Shown here: in pieces, positions 10,060-18,767 of the stretch | Layout: each line of letters begins with the position of its first letter | Numbering within the stretch: position 1 is the stretch's first letter | Source: an uncultured Gammaproteobacteria bacterium | GTDB taxonomy: Bacteria > Patescibacteriota > Microgenomatia > Daviesbacterales > UBA10151 | Direction of reading: 5' to 3' | Assembly: GCA_964500725.1 (NCBI GenBank) | Contig: CAZCNP010000001.1 | Span: forward strand, 766 to 64,765 | DNA length: 64,000 bases | The notes under the pieces: generated by a model | Told to the model about the DNA's origin: nothing | The model's database searches: none | What the model saw: the letters and a program-made list of their open reading frames with translations, nothing else | Translations under genes and position numbers: made by a program

Positions 10060-10088
10060 TTGACGACAAATATTTTTGGTAGTATTCT
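10060..10088 (+). promoter_or_regulatory. Sigma70 promoter of replication operon
   Basis: TTGACG-17nt-TATTCT. Confidence 0.55.
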
Positions 10089-10141
10089 TGTTTGCAGTTA
10101 GAAAATAAGAACAGCTAATTCAGCTTTTAAAAAAGCACTTT

Positions 10142-10189
10142 AGCAGCTATATTTTTCGGAGCGATCCGAAAGAAATGGCTGCTTTTTTT
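10142..10189 (+). terminator. Leader terminator ahead of replication operon
   Basis: AGCAGCTAT..TTCGGA-GCGA-TCCGAA..ATGGCTGC followed by T7. Confidence 0.6.
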
Positions 10190-10283
10190 GTGGAATTTTT
10201 AGATTAAAGGAGAGATTCAGTAGGTGGTAATTAATGTTTTCTTGAAAAACTGGGCATATTCCGCCACCTACTGAAAACAAAAC

Positions 10284-10487
10284 ATGAACACTATAAAAGA
10301 TTATATCAGAAATAAAAAAGTAGGCCTTTGGAGCAAGGTATGTCTTACTTGCGGCGTCCCCCTTAAATACAAACACTCAACTCACCCTTATTGCAGTAAG
10401 TGTTACCTGAAATCTGAAATCTTCCACGAGTGGCGCAGAAAATATGACCGAGCACGCAGAAAAAGAGAGAGGGAGGCTAAAAAATGA
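10284..10487 (+). CDS. Small zinc-finger protein
   Basis: CLTC..CSKC, basic tail, overlaps primase start. Confidence 0.65.
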   Translation: MNTIKDYIRNKKVGLWSKVCLTCGVPLKYKHSTHPYCSKCYLKSEIFHEWRRKYDRARRKREREAKK

Positions 10488-12991
10488 GTTATCAATCCTT
10501 AACTCCTGAAAAACTTCTAAGTTATTTCGAGGGTACAATCTTTCAAACTTTTTATGATCCGGATTCTACTAGCAAGGAATTCCCACCTGAAGTGTTTCTA
10601 AGCTACAGCCCCCATGAGTTAAAGGAATTAAACAATCAGAAATATGGAATATATTTTTCGGTTAATGCCTTTAAGGATCAGAGGCTAAACGATAACCTCG
10701 TCAAATTAAATGCCGCCTATGGCGATTTGGACATAGCTAAAGAGGGGGACGGGCAAACACCAGCAGATATTTTAAATAAAAAAAGGGAAGTTTTTAAAAA
10801 GCTGCGCGATCTATCTATTAAGCCTAACATTATTATTCAGACTAAAAATGGCGTTCAACCACTATTCTTAATCGAGAACCCTGGAATTGATAAAGACACT
10901 ATCAAAACCTATACAGACACAATCTGTGGACTTACAGCCTGGTCAAAGAATTATGGCTGCGCCGGAGACGCGGTTAAAGACATAGCAAGGGTTTTAAGGC
11001 TTCCCGGCTATTACCACCAAAAGGGTGAGCCGTTTATGGTTGAAGCCTACCTAATTCATGAAGAAAAAACCACACTCTTAGAGCTTTCTAAACTGTTCCC
11101 ATATTTTGATGAGAGAAAGATCATAAATGATAATTCTGCAAAGGACGGGAAATCTACTGACCTTGATGGCCTTACCATGCAAGAGATTGCCCTGGCAGCC
11201 CTGAAAGAATATGGAGAGCCGGACGCATATTTTGATGATAAAGGCAGGATATGGATTAAGAGAGGGGTTACCGGTGCATTCTTAGGCAAAATGGATAATT
11301 GCGACTATATCGGCAGCAACTCGCATGAGCTGCCCTATGGGAACAAAATAACTTTTGTTAGGGAGCTGTTAAAGCTTGAAAGTAATGCAGCAGCTTTTAA
11401 GTGGATAGCTCAAAAATTCAATTTACAAAGACCGGTACCGGCAAAAGAAAGTTTTGAACAATTAACCGACACTACAAACGCCGAACTCATCAATGAATTG
11501 TTTGGTAATAAAATCCGCTTTGACCATAAACGCAAGAGGTGGCTGAAATGGCAGGACCATTCCTGGCAACCCGATTCTGACGGCAGTATCAGCAGATTAG
11601 CTATAGAGGCAGCCAGACACCGATTCAAATCCGCTGCTAATATTGAAAGCTTAACTAAAAAAACTGCAATCTCTAAGTGGGCCATTCAAAGTGAGAGCAG
11701 ACAAAGACTTGATTCAGCTTTGGCAATATCAAAAAATTTGCTACCAATTGCCGACAATGGTGAAAATTGGGACTTAGACTCTATGCTTTTAGGAGTTAAA
11801 AATGGAGTTTTGGATCTCAAAACAGGAACTTTAAGGGACGGCAAACCTGAAGATCGTATAACCATGCGGGCAGGAACACTATTCTACCCCGAAGCAAAGT
11901 GCCCGCTTTGGGAAAAATTCCTAAATGAGATTTTTGAAAATGATGAGAATTTAATCAGTTATATCCATAAGGCGTTGGGGTATACCTTAACAGGATCAGT
12001 TATAGAACAAGCCCTATTTTTCGGATTCGGCAGTGGCTCAAATGGGAAGAGTGTTTTCTTTGAAACTATCAACGCCGTCTTAGGTGACTATGCACACAAT
12101 GCGCCAGCCAGCTTACTTCAACGAAATGCACAGAATCAATCCTCTAATGACGTTGCAGCAACTGAATTCAAAAGATTTTTAGTGTCTTCGGAAACCCTTA
12201 GCACTTCTAAGCTGAACGAACAACGGTTAAAAAAGTGGAGCGGCGGAGACCGTGAAACGGCAAGGTATCTCTATTCTGAATTTTTTACATTTCAACCCAC
12301 CTGTAAGGTTTGGTTATTCATCAACCATAAACCGGCGGTTGAGGATGATTCCTTCGGGTTTTGGCGGAGAGTCAGACTGATTCCTTTTAACCGAAAGTTT
12401 AAAGAGGAGGACCAGGACAAGCACTTACTGGAAAAATTAAAAACAGAACTACCAGGAATCTTAAACTGGATGGTCAAGGGTTGCTTAAAATGGCAAGCAG
12501 AGGGATTAAGGCCTACACCTGAAAAAATATCTTTGGCGACTAAAAACTATCAAGCCGAAAATGACGAATTGGCTGAATTCTTATTTGAAAAATGCAGTGA
12601 GTTGGCGGGCCAAGAAGTCAAGGCACTGGAACTATACCGCAAATATACAGAATGGGCCGAAAAAGCAGGATTTAAAAATAAAGATGCGCTCACGAAGACA
12701 GCCTTCGGACGAAGAATGGCGGATAAATTTGTTAAAATTCACCGTGAAACTGGCTGGTTTTACCAAATAACTGACGAGTTTGCTAAAAATCTAGGCACGA
12801 CTGACGAGTTAGACCCCATTTTATATAAAGTCCCTATACGAGATAATCACCAAAATAGTTTACTAAAAACAGCTCTCAACTCGTCAGCAGGCACGAAAAC
12901 CCGTCAGGACTCGTCAGCTGACCAAAAGGACGAAAAACCCAAAATTACCCCCACAGACAAGGAGGATGATGGCAGCTGGCTTGAAGCGTGA
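10484..12991 (+). CDS. Phage/plasmid primase-helicase, P4 family (RepB/AEP-like primase + D5_N + SF3 helicase)
   Basis: DLD..TKNG..DIARVLRLPG; NGVLDLKTG; Walker A GSGSNGKS; ARYLY; FWRRVRLIPF. Confidence 0.92.
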   Translation: MSYQSLTPEKLLSYFEGTIFQTFYDPDSTSKEFPPEVFLSYSPHELKELNNQKYGIYFSVNAFKDQRLNDNLVKLNAAYGDLDIAKEGDGQTPADILNKKREVFKKLRDLSIKPNIIIQTKNGVQPLFLIENPGIDKDTIKTYTDTICGLTAWSKNYGCAGDAVKDIARVLRLPGYYHQKGEPFMVEAYLIHEEKTTLLELSKLFPYFDERKIINDNSAKDGKSTDLDGLTMQEIALAALKEYGEPDAYFDDKGRIWIKRGVTGAFLGKMDNCDYIGSNSHELPYGNKITFVRELLKLESNAAAFKWIAQKFNLQRPVPAKESFEQLTDTTNAELINELFGNKIRFDHKRKRWLKWQDHSWQPDSDGSISRLAIEAARHRFKSAANIESLTKKTAISKWAIQSESRQRLDSALAISKNLLPIADNGENWDLDSMLLGVKNGVLDLKTGTLRDGKPEDRITMRAGTLFYPEAKCPLWEKFLNEIFENDENLISYIHKALGYTLTGSVIEQALFFGFGSGSNGKSVFFETINAVLGDYAHNAPASLLQRNAQNQSSNDVAATEFKRFLVSSETLSTSKLNEQRLKKWSGGDRETARYLYSEFFTFQPTCKVWLFINHKPAVEDDSFGFWRRVRLIPFNRKFKEEDQDKHLLEKLKTELPGILNWMVKGCLKWQAEGLRPTPEKISLATKNYQAENDELAEFLFEKCSELAGQEVKALELYRKYTEWAEKAGFKNKDALTKTAFGRRMADKFVKIHRETGWFYQITDEFAKNLGTTDELDPILYKVPIRDNHQNSLLKTALNSSAGTKTRQDSSADQKDEKPKITPTDKEDDGSWLEA
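12770..12917. repeat. Iteron cluster (CTGACGAGTT x2 direct, three inverted copies), putative ori
   Basis: 12771-80 and 12801-10 direct; AACTCGTCAG 12878-87, ACCCGTCAG, GACTCGTCAG 12908-17 inverted; AT-rich centre. Confidence 0.7.
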
Positions 12992-13244
12992 TACTAAAGA
13001 GAATATCCGGTTATCAAAAATTGCTCAGTATTTCACAGAGCTGAAAATGCTGCGCAAAACTTGCAAAGAAAACATGGAGCATTACAAATTTCTAAAAGAG
13101 TTTAAAGAAATGCCGATTGTGATTCTTGAGGGACTAGGTGTAGATAGATTTTTCTCAGAGGCAGTCTTCATTTTTGACGGTGTATTAACCCCTGAATTTA
13201 TAGAAAGTTTCAGACAAACAGAAAGTAGGCCATTCTGGGGATAA
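12966..13244 (+). CDS. Hypothetical element protein
   Basis: 92 aa, AGGAGG SD. Confidence 0.6.
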   Translation: MMAAGLKRDTKENIRLSKIAQYFTELKMLRKTCKENMEHYKFLKEFKEMPIVILEGLGVDRFFSEAVFIFDGVLTPEFIESFRQTESRPFWG

Positions 13245-13245
13245 T

Positions 13246-13455
13246 ATGGCTGCAATTATTGTGAAAGCAAAACCTGGGGAAAGTACCGATAAGCTGATAA
13301 AACGCTTTCAGCGTGCAACGTCTCAGGACGTAAAAGGTTTTAAAGAACGAAAAGCTTTCATAAGTAAAACTGAAGAACGGTTGCTCGCAGAAAAAGAAAA
13401 GAGAAGAAAAATTGCAAAGTTAAAAAGACTACAAGAATTAGGAATTGAACAATAG
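13246..13455 (+). CDS. rpsU: Ribosomal protein bS21 homolog (element-encoded)
   Basis: V....GES.DKLIKRF.R....ERKAF.SK.E.R, basic tail, 69 aa. Confidence 0.75.
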   Translation: MAAIIVKAKPGESTDKLIKRFQRATSQDVKGFKERKAFISKTEERLLAEKEKRRKIAKLKRLQELGIEQ

Positions 13456-13469
13456 AAGGGGGGTGAATT

Positions 13470-13550
13470 ATGGAAAAAATAAATATTGGTTTATTTGTGG
13501 TTTGCGTACTTTACCTTCTTTGGCTGTTCAAAATGAGCAAGGTTTTTTAA
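13470..13550 (+). CDS. 26-aa hydrophobic peptide
   Basis: MEKINIGLFVVCVLYLLWLFKMSKVF, SD GGGGGGTG, hairpin ACCGGGC..GCCCGGT after stop. Confidence 0.5.
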   Translation: MEKINIGLFVVCVLYLLWLFKMSKVF

Positions 13551-13768
13551 AGTTTGCCGACCGGGCGTTTGTTGGGAATGCCCGGTTGAGAGATTTTAAA
13601 ATATGAAAAAAGAAAAACCATATTGTGAGAAAGACAAAAGCACCTCTTCTGCAGGCCCTGTAGCAAAAAATATGCCAAATTGCGTGCGTAAGTGTAGAGC
13701 TAATACCCCAGAGAGCACTAGTACATCATCTCAAAATAAGCTAGGCACGATTTCGTAGTTAGAAAAAA

Positions 13769-14809
13769 TTAGGATATTTCAACTTCAAGAGTCAGAATAT
13801 TTCCTTTTAAATTTCCACCTTTAATAATACGTCCAACTTCCCAAGCATGAGAAATCAGTTCTTTGGCTTTCTCTTCTGCGCTTCTGAATTTTCTAGCCTC
13901 TGAACTGTAATTTTTTAAAGTTTTAGCTTGAGTGCTTGTATCAAACTGTAAATACCTTAATGTGGTTTCTACTGCCCTATGTCCCATTACGTCTTTAATG
14001 TCTGAAACATCGGCACCGTTAGCTTTTAAATCCCTGGCAAATATCCGGCGTAAGTCGTGCACATTCATGCTGTTACCCCAAAGCTTACCAACTTTTCGCA
14101 TATGTACCTCTAATTTTTGCATATTAACCACAAACAAACGGTCCTTGTCACTTTCTTTATAGTGGCTTTTATCTTTTAAAGTTTTAAGTTCATCCGGTGT
14201 GCGCTCACCATTTACACGCCTCTTTAAATCTTCCAACAACCAAGGTATGTTTGGCAATGCTGCATTCCTGGGTCCGTTCTTGCCTTCAACAATTGTGAGC
14301 TGATTACCACTGAGCGAAACGTCTTTTCTTAATATCTGGGAAGTCTCAAAGTTTCTACCACCACAAGCTACAACCATAAAGCTGAGACAGGCCCGGTGTT
14401 CCATTTTAGAGAATGTTGATAGCCTACTGTCATATTTGCCTGGCTCTGTAGCTTCTTTTATCAGTCCTAAGACTTCGGATTGAGACGGTAAAACACGGGC
14501 TTTCCTGTGTACATGGGTTCGGTCAATATTAACTGTCCATTTTTTAGGGATAATATCTTCATAAAATAGCCAGTCTGCAAAAGCCAGGACAGCGGTTTCA
14601 GCCTGTCTTCTGGTTGACTCTGCCAAACCTTTATCCGGTAGATAGTTAAAGAATTTGATAATGATTTCACGGTTTAAGGGTCCGTCTAAGTATTCAAGGA
14701 ATAGTTTGAAGTAATACAGGTTATTAGTCCTGGTGGATTTTGATTGCCACCTTCGCTGCCTGTGTTCTATAAATCTTTCTAAATGTGTACGCACCTGCTC
14801 TTTATCCAT
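13769..14809 (-). CDS. int: Tyrosine integrase (likely start MDKEQ; ORF-track start overlaps tRNA)
   Basis: Catalytic R (GRNFE), K (GKNG), HDLRR, MGH, TTLRY. Confidence 0.9.
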   Translation of the reverse strand: MDKEQVRTHLERFIEHRQRRWQSKSTRTNNLYYFKLFLEYLDGPLNREIIIKFFNYLPDKGLAESTRRQAETAVLAFADWLFYEDIIPKKWTVNIDRTHVHRKARVLPSQSEVLGLIKEATEPGKYDSRLSTFSKMEHRACLSFMVVACGGRNFETSQILRKDVSLSGNQLTIVEGKNGPRNAALPNIPWLLEDLKRRVNGERTPDELKTLKDKSHYKESDKDRLFVVNMQKLEVHMRKVGKLWGNSMNVHDLRRIFARDLKANGADVSDIKDVMGHRAVETTLRYLQFDTSTQAKTLKNYSSEARKFRSAEEKAKELISHAWEVGRIIKGGNLKGNILTLEVEIS

Positions 14810-14883
14810 ATAAAAGAATAAAGAGATGGTGTCATTCCGCAAGACCTTAACCCACCCGTATGAGTGAGAACTCACCTCAATTG

Positions 14884-14956
14884 TGGGCACTGAGGGATTC
14901 GGACCCCCGACAACCGCAGTGTAAATGCGGTGCTCTACCAGCTGAGCTAAGTGCCC
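14884..14956 (-). tRNA. tRNA-Val(TAC), T-loop TCCGAAT (C55)
   Basis: GGGCACT acceptor, CCGCA-TTTACAC-TGCGG anticodon arm. Confidence 0.88.
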
Positions 14957-14991
14957 AATTTCTGCTCAGCCCGCAGAGCATAGCACAAATA

Positions 14992-15035
14992 CTTCGCAGT
15001 GTAAACGAAGCGCTCTACCACTGAGCTAAGTGCCC
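14992..15035 (-). pseudogene. 5' half of a second tRNA-Val(TAC), truncated after the anticodon arm (probable att junction)
   Basis: GGGCACTTAGCTCAGTGGTAGAGCGCTTCGTTTACAC-TGCGAAG, no T arm follows. Confidence 0.8.
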
Positions 15036-15036
15036 T

Positions 15037-15123
15037 TGGTGGGCGGGACAGGACTTGAACCTGCACAGTCTTGCGACCATATGCACCTCAAGCATACACG
15101 TATACCAATTCCGTCACCCGCCC
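15037..15123 (-). tRNA. tRNA-Leu(GAG) with encoded CCA
   Basis: TATGC-TTGAGGT-GCATA, long variable arm, GGTTCAAGTCC. Confidence 0.93.
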
Positions 15124-15178
15124 ACATCATCAGCAATTTTATCAGTTTACTAGGGGGTTAGCAATCTAAAGGAGAGAT

Positions 15179-16411
15179 CTAGGAATTAAGGGTATCTTGT
15201 GCAGCAACTGCATATAAACCGTGGGACTGTTTCGCTTCGCGAAATAAATTCTTCTTTGGTTGACTTCCAGGAATTAATATATTTCCTGATTTTGGTATAG
15301 ATATTATAGGTGCCCTTACTTTTGTATACCTCTTGGCAGGAATATACATCTCTTTTCTATAAATTTTTAGATATTGTAAAGCTGCTGTGTAAGGAGAAAA
15401 ATTCTCCTCCACATGCAGCCTGCAAACTTTTCTGTCAATTTCCCCAACCCTTTTGATAGCTTTGACCATTTCTTGTTTGTCTTTAACCAAAAAACCAGTT
15501 TTATTATTAACAATAAGCTCAGGAGCTGCCCCTCTTTTAAAACTAATAACAGGGGTGCCTGCAGCCATTGATTCCACCATGACCATCCCAAAAGGCTCAT
15601 CCCAATTTATAGGATTTAAAAATGCCTTAGCCCCGCCCAACAATCTATTTTTAAGCCTTAAATTAGCAGGTCCCAGAAACTGAATTTGCTTGCCATCTAT
15701 TAAAGGTTTTACTTTTTCCTTCCAGTATTTAACTGATTTTTCATAATAGGTATCCACAATTCCTGCAAAGACTAGCTGCTCTCCTGCAGCTTTGGCAATC
15801 TTAATTGCTTCAACTGTGCCTTTTTCTGGAATAATTTTGCCCAACCAGGTTAAATACTTCCCACCTTTTGGATTAAACTTGATAGTTGAAGTATCTAAAC
15901 TGTTATAAACAAAGCCCCCATCACGAAAACCTTTTGGCAGGGTTTTATGCATTGATTTGGAAATATTAACAGCCAAAATATCTTTGGCATACAGTTTTAT
16001 CAAAGTCTTATCCATATTAGAATATCTATCATATGGCCATCTGGAATGAATGGTCATCAAATTTGGGATACCTTGCTTAGTCAGATCTGCTAAAAAGGGC
16101 ATTACTATCAAATCTGTAGAAGAAGCAATGTGGGCATGAACTACATCATATTTAAAAGCCTCCTTAAATGCTTCATAATAATGAATAAAAGCAGGCAAAC
16201 CAGCAGTCCAGGAAATTCCCTGGGATAGCAGAGATCTTTTAAAGATATATTTAATGTTACTTATAGCTTTGGAAGTCTTAGTGGCAAAAAGAGTTACTTG
16301 ATGCCCTAAATCAGACAAACCTTTAACTAAATTAGCAATAACCCATTCAGTTCCTCCATAATTATCAGGTGGGGTATCTACCCATGGGGAGGCTATCTGT
16401 AATATCTTCAT
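15179..16411 (-). CDS. Glycosyltransferase family 4
   Basis: PPDNYGGTE, EPFGMVMVESMAAGTPVI. Confidence 0.92.
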   Translation of the reverse strand: MKILQIASPWVDTPPDNYGGTEWVIANLVKGLSDLGHQVTLFATKTSKAISNIKYIFKRSLLSQGISWTAGLPAFIHYYEAFKEAFKYDVVHAHIASSTDLIVMPFLADLTKQGIPNLMTIHSRWPYDRYSNMDKTLIKLYAKDILAVNISKSMHKTLPKGFRDGGFVYNSLDTSTIKFNPKGGKYLTWLGKIIPEKGTVEAIKIAKAAGEQLVFAGIVDTYYEKSVKYWKEKVKPLIDGKQIQFLGPANLRLKNRLLGGAKAFLNPINWDEPFGMVMVESMAAGTPVISFKRGAAPELIVNNKTGFLVKDKQEMVKAIKRVGEIDRKVCRLHVEENFSPYTAALQYLKIYRKEMYIPAKRYTKVRAPIISIPKSGNILIPGSQPKKNLFREAKQSHGLYAVAAQDTLNS

Positions 16412-16422
16412 AATTTTGTAAA

Positions 16423-16456
16423 AATTACAGTCTTTTACTGAAAGTAAAAGTATATA
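16423..16456 (-). promoter_or_regulatory. 34-bp element (TATACT + hairpin) identical to 48382-48415
   Basis: Exact repeat upstream of two glycosyltransferases. Confidence 0.7.
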
Positions 16457-16520
16457 GACCTGCCAAAGTATAAATGTTTTAAATTAGAGAAAATTGAAAA
16501 TTAAGTAAGGTTTTAGTAAG

Positions 16521-17804
16521 TTAAGTTAAAAAATCCAAAGCAGCAGCAGCAGACCAGGCCTGAACCCTGCACCCAACCTGCCCTGAAGAAGAGAGGTACT
16601 CCCTCAAATTACCACATTCATCTTTAATATAAAGTTCAATGGGGTAATTAAAATGATATAAAGGTTTTAAGGATGCTTCTTTCAGCTTGCTAGCCTCATC
16701 ATCAAAGCCAAAATTTTCTAAACCCTCAAAGATAAGCCCATTTAACATAGGCCAAAAGCTGCCATTATGGTAAGAATCCCTATTGTGGTTAAAGGTGGGG
16801 GATAGAGTACTCATTGTTCTTATCCCAGCATCAGCATCAAACAAATCAGGTTGAAAAACCCTCTTTACCATACCCTCTATAAACTCATCATCAATAATAG
16901 ATTCTACTTTACTACCCTTTATATCAGCTGCCCAAAGGGAAATTAAAGGATTGCCTGTGATAGTTTTTATAAGTCTTTTATCACCATCTATAGCCTGTCC
17001 AGCAAAATCGAATCCATGATCTTTAAAAATAAACAGCTTATTAAAGTTTTCCTTAATATGATCTGCCTGGGCAGATAATCTATGGGCAAAAGTAGGAAAT
17101 ATGTCTTGGTAAAATCTGGACCATAATTTTAAAACCAACCAGGCTTTACCTTGAACCTCTACTGGAGCTATTGGGTATTTGGGGAAAAATCCATCAGGGC
17201 CTTTTAAAGACTCATGAGAGTCTGTCCAGGATTGGACTACCAAACCCCCATATCTTCTTTCTTCCTCTAAAGTATAATCCAAAAGTCCATCTTTATCCCT
17301 GTCTCCATAAGTAATAATCCAGTTCAAACCCATCTCAACAAAAGGCTGTACAGCCTTTAAAAACTGCTGGTCTGCTGTGGCTTCCCAGTACCTATAAATA
17401 GCCAGTAAAGCCAGAGGGGTAGAATCTAGGGAATCATAATTTCTTAAATACCCATCAGGATAAAGGTACCAGGGTTTATAGGACTTGGTAGTTAAGTGCT
17501 CATGTTTACTTTTTCTAAACTCATGGATAAATTTGCCAGGCTGCTCTCCTGATTCTATATTTTTTTCTTTACCTTGCAGGGAACAAAGGGTTATTAAGGC
17601 TTTTTTAGAAATATTTAGAAGCTCACTGCAGGGGAATTTTTTATGGACTTTTAATATCTTTAAGATCGTTAAAGCACTGTCTCTGCCAAAGATACAACCA
17701 TAAATTTCATCTTTACCTGAGGCATTAATCCCATCTTCAGTAGCTAAACCAAGAAGGTTTTGGTATATTAGGTCACGGAAATTTGCAGGTTGGACAGTAT
17801 TCAT
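16521..17804 (-). CDS. Amylo-alpha-1,6-glucosidase / glycogen debranching-like
   Basis: FGRDS, QSWTDS, YHNGSFWP, QAWSAAA. Confidence 0.85.
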   Translation of the reverse strand: MNTVQPANFRDLIYQNLLGLATEDGINASGKDEIYGCIFGRDSALTILKILKVHKKFPCSELLNISKKALITLCSLQGKEKNIESGEQPGKFIHEFRKSKHEHLTTKSYKPWYLYPDGYLRNYDSLDSTPLALLAIYRYWEATADQQFLKAVQPFVEMGLNWIITYGDRDKDGLLDYTLEEERRYGGLVVQSWTDSHESLKGPDGFFPKYPIAPVEVQGKAWLVLKLWSRFYQDIFPTFAHRLSAQADHIKENFNKLFIFKDHGFDFAGQAIDGDKRLIKTITGNPLISLWAADIKGSKVESIIDDEFIEGMVKRVFQPDLFDADAGIRTMSTLSPTFNHNRDSYHNGSFWPMLNGLIFEGLENFGFDDEASKLKEASLKPLYHFNYPIELYIKDECGNLREYLSSSGQVGCRVQAWSAAAALDFLT

Positions 17805-17841
17805 TTTGAAATGGGTAATCTACAAAATTATTATATACAAG

Positions 17842-17988
17842 TCAAGTAAGAATTTGCTTTAGTAACTTTTCTTTTAAATCCTCTAAGTTTTTAAATATAA
17901 TCCCTTTAATTCCTAATTTTTCCTCCATCAAAGTACTTTTGTGTTTTAAAATAACACCCCCAAAATCGAAAATAATATTTTTAATCAT
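17842..17988 (-). pseudogene. Internally deleted HAD phosphatase remnant (48 aa)
   Basis: MIKNIIFDFGGVIL fused to KLGIKGIIFKNLEDLK. Confidence 0.65.
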
Positions 17989-18043
17989 ACTTTAATTATA
18001 TTATTTTATTGACAAATAAGGAGTAAAGGAAGATAGTAAGCTT

Positions 18044-18766
18044 GTGGCTACCTCAGCGCAAATCGCTATAAAAGCTCGAGAATTTATAAAAACCCATAAA
18101 CCACAATTATGCCAAAAGTTTGCCAGCTTAGAAGAATATCCTCCTGTTGAAAAACCATCTGCTTACTTTATGGCTGGCTCGCCTGGAGCTGGTAAAACAG
18201 AATTCTCCAAGTCTTTTATAAAAGAATTATCAGAAAAAGAACCTACAAGAAGAATTGTCAGAATAGATGCTGATGAGATCAGAGATTTTATCCCTTTCTA
18301 TGATAAAACCAATGCTTATAGAATTCAGGGAGCTGCAGCATTAGGAGTTGAAAAATTATTAGACTGCACATTACAAAACAATCAGGATTTCATACTGGAT
18401 GCTACTTTTGCTGATTTAGAAAAATCTCGTACAAATATCTTACGCTGTCTTCATAAAAAACGTAAGATTGCGGTCGTATATTTATATCAAGATCCAGTAG
18501 TAGCCTGGCAATTTACTAAAAAGAGAGAAAAACTAGAGGGAAGAAAAATTCCCTTAGATATGTTTATAAATGCTTTTTTTGCAGCCAAAGAAAATGTTAA
18601 CAAAATTAAAAAAGAATTTAAAAATTACAAGGAAGTAGAATTGTGGCTTATTATAAAAAATTTAGAGCAGGGTATTGAAAAAACTTATTTTAATATAGAT
18701 AATGTTGATAGTTACCTGAAAATAGATTATACTGCAGAGTCCTTAAAGGAGAAATTAAGAAAATAA
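18044..18766 (+). CDS. Zeta toxin-family P-loop kinase
   Basis: MAGSPGAGKT, IDADEIR, REKLEGRKIP. Confidence 0.8.
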   Translation: MATSAQIAIKAREFIKTHKPQLCQKFASLEEYPPVEKPSAYFMAGSPGAGKTEFSKSFIKELSEKEPTRRIVRIDADEIRDFIPFYDKTNAYRIQGAAALGVEKLLDCTLQNNQDFILDATFADLEKSRTNILRCLHKKRKIAVVYLYQDPVVAWQFTKKREKLEGRKIPLDMFINAFFAAKENVNKIKKEFKNYKEVELWLIIKNLEQGIEKTYFNIDNVDSYLKIDYTAESLKEKLRK

Positions 18767-18767
18767 T

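Larger units (their letters stand above)
1..15005. mobile_element. Integrated phage satellite / prophage-like element (left end beyond window) inserted at tRNA-Val(TAC)
   Basis: Tyrosine integrase abutting tRNA-Val, P4-type primase-helicase, terS-like gene, large virion-like proteins, many short orphan ORFs with strong SD motifs. Confidence 0.85.

Noticed and set aside
14884-15035. Intron-containing tRNA-Val
   Set aside because: The 5' half (CTTCG) cannot pair with the downstream TGCGG stem, and the downstream copy is a complete tRNA
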